58,039 bases of DNA from Bradyrhizobium sp. (GTDB taxonomy: Bacteria > Pseudomonadota > Alphaproteobacteria > Rhizobiales > Xanthobacteraceae): NCBI GenBank assembly GCA_050726155.1, contig JBOHIT010000591.1, positions 1 through 58,039 on the forward strand. The letters are read 5' to 3'. Shown piece after piece: positions 20,299 through 27,514 of the stretch (positions are counted from its first letter, which is position 1; every line of letters starts with the position of its first letter). The notes under the pieces are model-generated. The model saw only the letters and a list, made by a program, of their open reading frames with translations, was not told the origin of the DNA and searched no databases. The position numbers and the translations under genes are program-made.

Positions 20299-20946
20299 AT
20301 GCGTTTCATGATTCCACGATCGCGGCGCTATTTCGGGCAACCGCTCGATCGGCGAGATGTCATGGGTTTTGCGGGTGCGCTGCTGGCGTCCGCAGCCTTC
20401 AATGAGCCGGCACGCGCCGGCGATCGTGCCGGCCGGGTTGAAGAGATCAAGGGCGAAGCGTTCGCCGATGCAAGCAACCAGCATCGGCCTTTGGAAAAAG
20501 CATCCTCGCTTTTTGTCGGTGATCGCGTCGCGACCGGGGCATCCTCCCGGCTCACCATGTTGTTGGGCGAGGACACGACGATCAAGCTCGGCGAAAAGGC
20601 GCAAGTGGTCATAGACCAGTTTCTTTCGACCACCGGAGGCGAGATCTCGCTGCAGTCGGGTCCGATGGTTTTTGACCGGCCGAGCGGAAGCCGTCCCGCC
20701 CCCGTGAAGATCAGGAGCTCCTACGGACTCATTGCCGTTCGTGGCACAAAGTTCTTTGCCGGACCGAGCAACGGCGTTTTTGGCGTATTCGTCGATCACG
20801 GCACCGTCGCCGTTTCCGGCGGCGGAGCCGAGGTTGTGCTGCAGGCAGGGCAGGGTACGAACCTGGACAGTCCGGGCGCAAAACCCTCCGCAGCGGTTGC
20901 GTGGGGTGCGGAACGGATTCGTGCTGCCCTCGCCAGCGTTGGCTAG
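20299..20946 (+). CDS. FecR-domain exported protein (possible Tat signal)
   Basis: DRRDVMGFAGALLASAA leader; GDRVATG..SRLTMLLGEDTTIKLGE and IAVRGTKF motifs of FecR-like beta domains. Confidence 0.8.
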   Translation: MRFMIPRSRRYFGQPLDRRDVMGFAGALLASAAFNEPARAGDRAGRVEEIKGEAFADASNQHRPLEKASSLFVGDRVATGASSRLTMLLGEDTTIKLGEKAQVVIDQFLSTTGGEISLQSGPMVFDRPSGSRPAPVKIRSSYGLIAVRGTKFFAGPSNGVFGVFVDHGTVAVSGGGAEVVLQAGQGTNLDSPGAKPSAAVAWGAERIRAALASVG

Positions 20947-21060
20947 TCTCCGACTGAATTTCGGAAGGTGGCCTCGCGATCGAAGCCATGGAGGCGCGGG
21001 GAGACTTTCCGGTCGGACGTCAAGGCGATTGCAAACCAAGGCCTTTCATTCAGGCGATAA

Positions 21061-21759
21061 ATGTCCAGCAAAGATATCCTCGTTTCGCTCCTTTCGAAAA
21101 CGGAGCTGTTCAAGGGCCTGCCTGTCGGAGATATCGAGGCCTGCATTCCGTCGTTTCGGGAAGCCAAATTCAAGAAGGGACAGGCGCTGTTTACGCGCGG
21201 CGAGCGCGCGACGGGGCTTTACCTCGTGGCCGAAGGACGCGTGCGACTGGCGATCGCTACCGAAGATGGCCGCGAATTGAGCTTTCGGCATGCGACATCA
21301 GGCGAATTGCTCGGCGAAATCGCGGCACTTGACGGCGGCACCAGGAGTGCAGACGCCACCGCACTCACGGCGGTGACGACCTACCGGCTCGACAAGGAAG
21401 ATTTTCGCAAGCTGTGGACCGCACGGCCGGTATTGTCCGAACGGCTGATATCGTTTCTCTGCAGCCGCTTGCGCGACACCAGCGGGCAGCTCGAGTCGAT
21501 CGCGCTTCATCCGATGCATGTTCGGCTGGCGCGCTTCTTCCTGGTCGCCATTGGCGATCGCAAGCCGGTACCGGGCAAACGCCTGCCGCTGGATCTCGGC
21601 ATGTCGCAGGGCGAGCTTGCCCTGCTGCTCGGCGCCAGCCGCCCCAAGATCAACGAGGCGCTCGGCAAGCTGGAGGAGATCGGCGCGATCGGCCGGACGC
21701 TGGATCGCATCTTCTGCGATCCGCAGAAGCTCGCCGAAGTCGACGGCACCCATGCTTAG
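21061..21759 (+). CDS. Crp/Fnr-family transcriptional regulator (cNMP-binding)
   Basis: cNMP pocket GELLGEIAALDGGTRSADATA; HTH MSQGELALLLGASRPKINEAL; no Fnr cysteine cluster. Confidence 0.92.
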   Translation: MSSKDILVSLLSKTELFKGLPVGDIEACIPSFREAKFKKGQALFTRGERATGLYLVAEGRVRLAIATEDGRELSFRHATSGELLGEIAALDGGTRSADATALTAVTTYRLDKEDFRKLWTARPVLSERLISFLCSRLRDTSGQLESIALHPMHVRLARFFLVAIGDRKPVPGKRLPLDLGMSQGELALLLGASRPKINEALGKLEEIGAIGRTLDRIFCDPQKLAEVDGTHA

Positions 21760-23863
21760 CCAGGTCGGCAAGACCCATTCGGGCCTGGTTGCCGGTTTCC
21801 TTGCGCTCATATTGTTTTTCGCGGCCGTATTATTGTTGCCAAAGGATTGGCGGAACGTATTTCGCGAAACGGCGTTCGACGTGGTGCTTACGGCCGATCG
21901 GCAGATCCGCCGGTTGAAACCCCAGGAGACTTCAAAAGCTGTTCCGGTCATCGTTGTCGATATCGACCGGCGATCGCTCGACGCCCTGGGACCATGGCCG
22001 TGGCCGCGCGAGACGATGGCGCGGCTGGTCGAAGCGGTCGCCAACGGCAATCCGTCCGTGGTTGGGATCGATATCCTTTTTGCGCAAGCGGATAGCCGTT
22101 CTCCGGCCGCATTGGCGCGGCAGCTCGGCGCGCTGACCGGTAAACAGGATATCCGCGCACTCGCTGCAGAACTTCCCGATGGGGACAAGCGTCTGGCGGC
22201 GGCGATCAAGAACGTTCCGGTCGTGCTGGGATTTGTGCTCGACGCCGACGGCACCGATGCCGTCCCGGGCGTGCCGGTTCTCGCGCGTCACCCGATCATG
22301 CTGGATGACGTCTGGCGCATGACCGGGGGCATCGGACCGATCCCACCACTGGTTGAGGCGACGAAAGGGCTTGGCGCGCTTTCGTTGCCGGGAGATGCGG
22401 ATGGCAAGGTCCGCCGGGTGCCGCTTCTTGTCGGTGCAGGGGAAGCGACGCGACCAGGGCTTGGGCTGGAAGCCGTCCGATTGTTTCAGCGGTCTCCGGC
22501 CTATTCCGTCGAAACAGGCCCGCAACGGATCATCATTGGCGATCTCGGGGTGCCGCTGCCCAGCGACGGTATGCTGCGATTGGCCGGCAGTGACAGCCGC
22601 AAACAGGAGGCGCGCACGATTTCCGCGGTTGACGTCGTCGACAAGGCCAGTGAACGGGCGCGCCTTGCGGGCGCCATTGTCTTGATCGGTGGGTCGGCGC
22701 CGGAGCTTGGCGGATTGCGTGAAACGGCGACTGATCAGCTCGTTCCATCGGTCGAGATTCAGGCCGATGCCATACAGCAGATCTACGCGCGGCGCGCCCC
22801 GCAAGCGATGCCACTGGGCCTCGGTCTGACCCTGATCATGGGGTTGATAGCCATTGTCGCAGCATCGGCGCTGTCGCCGGTGTTGGGGGCTTTTGTCGGC
22901 CTGGCCGCTCTGGCTGCCGTTTGGTCAGGCGCAATTCTGGCGTCGCTGCTTGGCGATCGGCTGGTTGATCCCCTGATGCCCTCGATCGGAGGCCTCTTTG
23001 TTTTCCTGGCGTCATCGGTCACTTCTTACGCGCTGGTGACCCGGCGCGAGGCCCACATCCGGAGTCGCTTCGAGCAACATCTGGCTCCCGCAGTCGTAAA
23101 ACGAATCGCCGAGAATCCGGGCCTCCTGAAATTGAACGGCGAGAAGCGCGAGATCACCGCGCTGTTCACCGATATCGAGGATTTCACCGCGATGACCCAT
23201 CGCGCCGGCCCCGAGCAACTGGTCGCCGTGCTGGATGAATACATTGAAGGGATGGCGGCCATTGTGATGAAGCATGGCGGGATGGTCGACAAGATCGTCG
23301 GCGATTCCGTTCACGCGTTCTTCAACGCGCCGCTCGATCTGGAGGATCATCCGCAACGCGCGATCGATTGCGCCGAGGAGATGCGGCTATGGACCAAGGC
23401 GTTCAAATCCCGCGTGGAGCCGTCCCAGATCGGCTTTGGCCGCACCCGCATCGGTATCGAAACCGGCATTGCCATCGTCGGCGACATCGGCATCAGGTCC
23501 AAGCTCGACTACACCGCCCATGGCGATTCCATCAACTCGGCGGCGCGCCTGGAAGCGCTGAACAAGCGCTATGGGTCGACGATCTGTGTCGGCCCGTTCG
23601 CGGCGGCACGATGCACGTCCACGCTGTTCAGGCCGCTTGGCGTCACGCTGTTGCGCGGCCTTGATGTGCCGGTCGAGGTCTTTGAACCCTGGTCGCCGGA
23701 AACGCCGTCGAGCTGGCGGGAGCGCTACCTCGCGGCGTATCGGTCGATCGAGAGCGACAAGACCGGCGCTGCCCGGATGTTCGAAGAGCTGGCTGACGAA
23801 TGTCCTGATGATCCCGTGCCGCGAATGCTGGCGGCGGAGTTGCGGTCTATTCTGGCGACTTGA
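21752..23863 (+). CDS. CHASE2-domain membrane adenylate cyclase (class III)
   Basis: Start re-set to ATG 21752, overlapping the crp stop; CHASE2 motifs VVDIDRRSL..GPWPWPR, DADGKVRRVPL; three TM segments; catalytic FTDIEDFT, DKIVGD, DYTAHGDSINSAARLE. Confidence 0.92.
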   Translation: MLSQVGKTHSGLVAGFLALILFFAAVLLLPKDWRNVFRETAFDVVLTADRQIRRLKPQETSKAVPVIVVDIDRRSLDALGPWPWPRETMARLVEAVANGNPSVVGIDILFAQADSRSPAALARQLGALTGKQDIRALAAELPDGDKRLAAAIKNVPVVLGFVLDADGTDAVPGVPVLARHPIMLDDVWRMTGGIGPIPPLVEATKGLGALSLPGDADGKVRRVPLLVGAGEATRPGLGLEAVRLFQRSPAYSVETGPQRIIIGDLGVPLPSDGMLRLAGSDSRKQEARTISAVDVVDKASERARLAGAIVLIGGSAPELGGLRETATDQLVPSVEIQADAIQQIYARRAPQAMPLGLGLTLIMGLIAIVAASALSPVLGAFVGLAALAAVWSGAILASLLGDRLVDPLMPSIGGLFVFLASSVTSYALVTRREAHIRSRFEQHLAPAVVKRIAENPGLLKLNGEKREITALFTDIEDFTAMTHRAGPEQLVAVLDEYIEGMAAIVMKHGGMVDKIVGDSVHAFFNAPLDLEDHPQRAIDCAEEMRLWTKAFKSRVEPSQIGFGRTRIGIETGIAIVGDIGIRSKLDYTAHGDSINSAARLEALNKRYGSTICVGPFAAARCTSTLFRPLGVTLLRGLDVPVEVFEPWSPETPSSWRERYLAAYRSIESDKTGAARMFEELADECPDDPVPRMLAAELRSILAT

Positions 23864-23875
23864 TGAAAACGTCCC

Positions 23876-25729
23876 TCAGCGCCTGGCCGCCGCGCTGCTT
23901 GCAACAATGGCGGCGATAGCCGGATTGCCGTCGGCTTCGAGCGCTGCGAGACGCGCCTGCGCCCATAGATAGGCCGCGTCAAAAATTTCGGTGTGGCGTT
24001 CGAATTCGGTGACGCCAACGCCGGGCGGAATCGGTGGCCGCATGACGTGGTCGAGCGGTGCGGCCGGGATTGTATCATAGCGCTGATGGGCGACGAGGCT
24101 TCGCCACAACACGTTGACCGCGTTCGGCGCTGCCGGAAGCAATTTCTTGCGAAACGGTACCAGCATCGCAGCCGCCAGTTCGAGCCGGCCGGGCAACGCC
24201 GCATAATCGACATCGAACGTCTCGACCGCGGGTTCGCCGAAATGCACCACCAGATTGGGACCGCTTTTCAGTTGATGCATGGGATCCAGCGGTACGTTGT
24301 CGATCAGGCATCCGTCGACGAGCATCGCGCCTTCCTTGGTGTAGAACGGCGGCAGCAGACCGGGAATGGCGCTCGATGCCCGCACCGCCTGCCAGAGCAA
24401 GCCCGACTGGATCAGTTCGAGGCCGTGGGTGGACAAGTTGGTTGCGACCGCCGCGAACGGCCGCCAGCAATCCTCGATCCGGCATTGCGCGCCGTATTGA
24501 TCGGCGAGGGCGCGATCGAACGCCTTGTGATCCAGCAGCGCGTATCTCGGCCAGGTCGGCCGGCGAAAGCTGCGGCTCTTCACAAAAATCTCGTGGGCGC
24601 CGCGCTCGAGATGGTCCGCCTCATAGTTCTTGGCGAAGCCGGCGGCCATCGCGGAGCCGACGCTGGTTCCGATGAAGATGTCGAACATCACGCCGCGCTC
24701 GCGGAACGCCTTGTAGATGCCGGCATGTGCCGATCCGAAACTCCCGCCGCCGGCCGCCACGAACCCGATCGCGCGCCCGGAGAGAAAGCGGATCAGGCTG
24801 TCGATATCGGCCTGATCCTCGAGCGCGACGTGGTGGTGCATGAAGCAGGGCAGGCGCGCAAGCCAGGCGGCGGTGCCGCTGACTTCACCGCTGCGGCGGT
24901 CATGAATACGCACGATGCGCCGGGCAGCGACCGGATGCACCTGGCAAGCGAACGCTTCGATCTCGGTGAGGCTTTCCGCAGGGGCTTCGCCGCGGCACGC
25001 CAGCACGACCATGTCCGCCTGCCGAATGGCTTTTCGCGTCCAGGCCGGCACCTCGCCGCTGCCGAGATAGACGACGAGCGGCGAAACCTGTTCGAGCTTG
25101 TTGAGCCAGTCGGTGACCTCAGGGGCATCCAGCGCCCGGCCCGGAAACATCAAGCCGACGCGAGCGGGATCGACGATCTGGGCGTCGGTCCTCGCGAGGC
25201 CCTCGCGCATCCGCTGGTAAAAGGCGGCCGGAATCGGCGCCCGTCCACCATCGATCAGCGCCACCGTTCGCGCCATCGGCGAGGTGCGGGTGGTGGGGAT
25301 GTGTTCGGTCCGCTTGGCAAACCGCAGCGCGAGCGTCGCCAGCAGCGCCTCGGCAATCGCCGGCGTGCCCTCTGCGAGGCTCCGATAGGCGGCCCGCGTC
25401 AGCACGAGCACGCTGGTGTCGCGGATCGCGATCACGTTGGCGGTGCGGGTCAGGTTGGCAAAGAAGCCGATTTCACCGACCAGTTCCCCGGCGCGGAGTT
25501 CGGCAATGGGCTGGGTATCGCCGGTTCGGCGCACGGCGAGCGCGCCATGCAACACGATATAGAGGGAATCGGCAGGGTCGCCCTGCGCCACCAGCGTTTC
25601 GCCGCGGACAAGGTCCTGCCGGACCATGGCGTCAAAGGTCTTGAAGCGCTGTTCCGGCGTGAGCGCCTTGAACAGGGCGAGGTCCTCCGAGACGCTCCCC
25701 CACGCAAATACCGGACCTGGCTTACTCAT
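23876..25729 (-). CDS. cyclic-nucleotide-binding patatin-like phospholipase (NTE/RssA family)
   Basis: N-terminal cNMP domain (GELVGEIGFF..TRTANVIA); patatin motifs GGGSFG, GTSVG, RASSAIPG, LVDGC. Confidence 0.9.
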   Translation of the reverse strand: MSKPGPVFAWGSVSEDLALFKALTPEQRFKTFDAMVRQDLVRGETLVAQGDPADSLYIVLHGALAVRRTGDTQPIAELRAGELVGEIGFFANLTRTANVIAIRDTSVLVLTRAAYRSLAEGTPAIAEALLATLALRFAKRTEHIPTTRTSPMARTVALIDGGRAPIPAAFYQRMREGLARTDAQIVDPARVGLMFPGRALDAPEVTDWLNKLEQVSPLVVYLGSGEVPAWTRKAIRQADMVVLACRGEAPAESLTEIEAFACQVHPVAARRIVRIHDRRSGEVSGTAAWLARLPCFMHHHVALEDQADIDSLIRFLSGRAIGFVAAGGGSFGSAHAGIYKAFRERGVMFDIFIGTSVGSAMAAGFAKNYEADHLERGAHEIFVKSRSFRRPTWPRYALLDHKAFDRALADQYGAQCRIEDCWRPFAAVATNLSTHGLELIQSGLLWQAVRASSAIPGLLPPFYTKEGAMLVDGCLIDNVPLDPMHQLKSGPNLVVHFGEPAVETFDVDYAALPGRLELAAAMLVPFRKKLLPAAPNAVNVLWRSLVAHQRYDTIPAAPLDHVMRPPIPPGVGVTEFERHTEIFDAAYLWAQARLAALEADGNPAIAAIVASSAAARR

Positions 25730-25930
25730 CGGCGATTTCCACTGCGATGGTGCGATGCTATCGCCAGCAGGGCCCGGCGGCGAGTGATATCCGGTTCCGC
25801 GGGGTCGGTCTTTCGCGCCAGCGGCTGTTCAAGGCAGGCGGCAATGGGTGTTGATTGCTGCAAAGCAAAACGGGATGTGCACCGCAATGAGCCGTGCGGG
25901 GTGGGTTAAACGACCTTCAGCTTGCCCCGG

Positions 25931-25964
25931 AAACAAAAGAGACCGCCCGTTGGGGCGGTCCCTT
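25931..25964 (-). terminator. intrinsic terminator of peptide gene 1
   Basis: Minus strand GGGACCGCCC-CAAC-GGGCGGTCTC-TTTTGTTT. Confidence 0.85.
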
Positions 25965-25989
25965 GCGTGCGCCAAACGCCCTTCGGCGT

Positions 25990-26163
25990 TTAGTTGAAGA
26001 TGCTACGGATCAGGTTGCGGAGCCAGCCGAGGCCATCGCCGCCGCCGGTGCCGTTGCCGCCGCCGCCGCCGGTGCCGCCACCGGTGCCGCTGCCGTGCCC
26101 GCCGGCAGGTTTGCCGCCGGCAACGATGGTGAGCTGTTCGTCGTTGAGAAGTTCGTGGTTCAT
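25990..26163 (-). CDS. double-glycine leader peptide precursor 1, glycine-rich (57 aa; not in ORF track)
   Basis: Hand translation MNHELLNDEQLTIVAGG|KPAGGHGSGTGGGTGGGGGNGTGGGDGLGWLRNLIRSIFN*; RBS AGGAGG; paralogous to the next two genes. Confidence 0.9.
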   Translation of the reverse strand: MNHELLNDEQLTIVAGGKPAGGHGSGTGGGTGGGGGNGTGGGDGLGWLRNLIRSIFN

Positions 26164-26215
26164 GGTGACCTCCTGTTTCTAGCGAAAGGGGGAATCCGCT
26201 TCGTCTATGGCCAGG

Positions 26216-26257
26216 AGATTACGAGCCGCACCAGGCCGGCGCGGTGACGGACGTCAC
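26216..26257 (-). promoter_or_regulatory. Crp-type box plus -10 element for peptide gene 1
   Basis: GTGAC-GGAC-GTCAC (26244-26257); minus-strand TAATCT (26221-26216) 22 nt away. Confidence 0.75.
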
Positions 26258-26301
26258 GTTGCGAAGGATGCCGCCCCCGGCGTGATCCAAATCACTCCCC
26301 A

Positions 26302-26336
26302 CAAACAAAGGAGACCGCCTGTTGGGGCGGTCTCTT
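26302..26336 (-). terminator. intrinsic terminator of peptide gene 2
   Basis: GAGACCGCC..GGCGGTCTC hairpin followed by CTTTGTTTG on the minus strand. Confidence 0.8.
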
Positions 26337-26359
26337 CCTTAACTCACACCTGTTCAGCT

Positions 26360-26527
26360 TCAGAAGTCGAAGGCGTGGGCGATCGAGCGCACGATGCTAT
26401 AGAGCCAGCGGAGGCCGCCGAGGCCGACGCTGCCGCCGTTGCCGTTGCCTTTGCTGCAGCTGCCGACGCCAAGGGTGCCGCCGTTAACGATGGAAAGATG
26501 TTCGTCATTGAGAAGGTCGTGGTTCAT
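26360..26527 (-). CDS. double-glycine leader peptide precursor 2 (55 aa)
   Basis: MNHDLLNDEHLSIVNGG|TLGVGSCSKGNGNGGSVGLGGLRWLYSIVRSIAHAFDF*; start re-set to the ATG behind AGGAG. Confidence 0.9.
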   Translation of the reverse strand: MNHDLLNDEHLSIVNGGTLGVGSCSKGNGNGGSVGLGGLRWLYSIVRSIAHAFDF

Positions 26528-26579
26528 GGTGGTCTCCTGCTTTTTAACGAAGCGAGGATCCACTTCGTCTATGATCAGG

Positions 26580-26621
26580 AGACTAGAAGGTGCATCGAGC
26601 TGGTGTAGTGACTGGCGTCAC
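26580..26621 (-). promoter_or_regulatory. Crp-type box plus -10 element for peptide gene 2
   Basis: GTGAC-TGGC-GTCAC (26608-26621); minus-strand TAGTCT (26585-26580) 22 nt away. Confidence 0.75.
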
Positions 26622-26667
26622 GTTGCTAAGGATGTCTCACCGGCGTGGTCCACATCACCTTTGCTTT

Positions 26668-26741
26668 GAGCATGATCTCCGCGCAAACGCATCGCGTTTG
26701 TCGTGAGGGAAAACCGGCGTCCACTTTTCCGGATCATGCTC
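26668..26741. repeat. rhizobial intergenic palindromic (RIME/REP-like) element, copy 1
   Basis: Terminal inverted repeats GAGCATGATC...GATCATGCTC with internal hairpins; second copy at 27441-27514. Confidence 0.7.
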
Positions 26742-26970
26742 TAGGTGGTGTGGACACTTATCGCATCCATAAGACGATGGCTGCGAGAGGCACGGTAATT
26801 TCGGGCGGTTTTTCGAAGCAGGTTGCGACGCGGCGGAACTGCTTGTGCTTTGAGAAGCTGATACGCCCGAACGATGGTGGAATCGACGATCAGATATTCG
26901 AAGTCCGGGTCATCGGACATCGCCTCGAATATCCGCCACCAAACACCCTTGATGCTCCATCGACTAGCTA
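26741..26970 (-). mobile_element. internally deleted IS5-family (IS427-group-like) transposase remnant with one IS end
   Basis: Minus strand encodes RWSIKGVWWRIFEAMSDDPDFEYLIVDSTIVRA joined to a frameshifted KQFRRVATCFEK...LAAIVLWMR*, then GTGTCCACACCACCTAG. Confidence 0.85.
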
Positions 26971-27077
26971 GCGAAGCCGGGCAGCAGGCAATGGCTGTTC
27001 ATTGCTGCACAGCTAAACGGGATGTGGCAGTGCAGCGGCACATGCCGTGTGGGGCAAACATGATTGCTTGCCCCCAG

Positions 27078-27109
27078 AAACAAGAGACCGCCAGTTGAGG
27101 CGGTCTCTT
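27078..27109 (-). terminator. intrinsic terminator of peptide gene 3
   Basis: AAGAGACCGCC..GGCGGTCTCTT hairpin followed by GTTT on the minus strand. Confidence 0.8.
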
Positions 27110-27132
27110 CCTTAACTCACACCTGTTCAGCT

Positions 27133-27300
27133 TCAGAAGCCGAAGACGTGGGCGAGCGAGCTCACGAGGTGACGGAGCCAGCCGAGGCTGTCGCCGCCGC
27201 CGGTGCCGTTGCGTTTGCCACCGCAGGTGCCGGTGCCGTCGCCATGGGCGCCGCCATTAACGATGGAAAGATGTTCGTCATTGAGAAGGTCGTGGTTCAT
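27133..27300 (-). CDS. double-glycine leader peptide precursor 3 (55 aa)
   Basis: MNHDLLNDEHLSIVNGG|AHGDGTGTCGGKRNGTGGGDSLGWLRHLVSSLAHVFGF*; start re-set to the ATG behind AGGAG. Confidence 0.9.
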   Translation of the reverse strand: MNHDLLNDEHLSIVNGGAHGDGTGTCGGKRNGTGGGDSLGWLRHLVSSLAHVFGF

Positions 27301-27352
27301 GGTGGTCTCCTGCTTTCTAACGAAGCGAGGATCCACTTCGTCTATGATCAGG

Positions 27353-27394
27353 AGACTACGAGCCGCATCGAGCCAGCGCAGTGACTGGAGTCAC
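27353..27394 (-). promoter_or_regulatory. Crp-type box plus -10 element for peptide gene 3
   Basis: GTGAC-TGGA-GTCAC (27381-27394); minus-strand TAGTCT (27358-27353) 22 nt away. Confidence 0.75.
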
Positions 27395-27440
27395 GTTGCG
27401 AAGGATGTCCCACCGGCGTGATCCACATCATCTTTGCTTT

Positions 27441-27514
27441 GAGCACGATCTCCGCGCAAACGCGTCGCGTTTGTCGTGATGGAAAACGAGCATCCACTTT
27501 TCCGGATCATCCTC
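27441..27514. repeat. rhizobial intergenic palindromic element, copy 2
   Basis: GAGCACGATC...GATCATCCTC; abuts the TAG stop of the ABC transporter gene. Confidence 0.7.

Noticed and set aside
21518..21751. Extended N-terminus of the cyclase given in the ORF track
   Set aside because: It overlaps crp out of frame with unnatural composition; ATG 21752 gives a normal N-terminal TM segment.
21061..25729. Pycsar/CBASS-like antiphage system (cyclase plus cNMP-binding effector)
   Set aside because: The cyclase is a membrane CHASE2 sensor with ATP-specifying residues, coupled to a Crp. The patatin gene is convergent rather than co-transcribed, and there is no CD-NTase. A signalling role fits better, though defence is not formally excluded.
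25894..27421. Plus-strand Ala- or Pro-rich ORFs (25894-26247, 25994-26182, 26207-26608, 27064-27384)
   Set aside because: These are antisense shadows of the Gly-codon-rich peptide genes; RBS, terminators and leader motif all support the minus strand.
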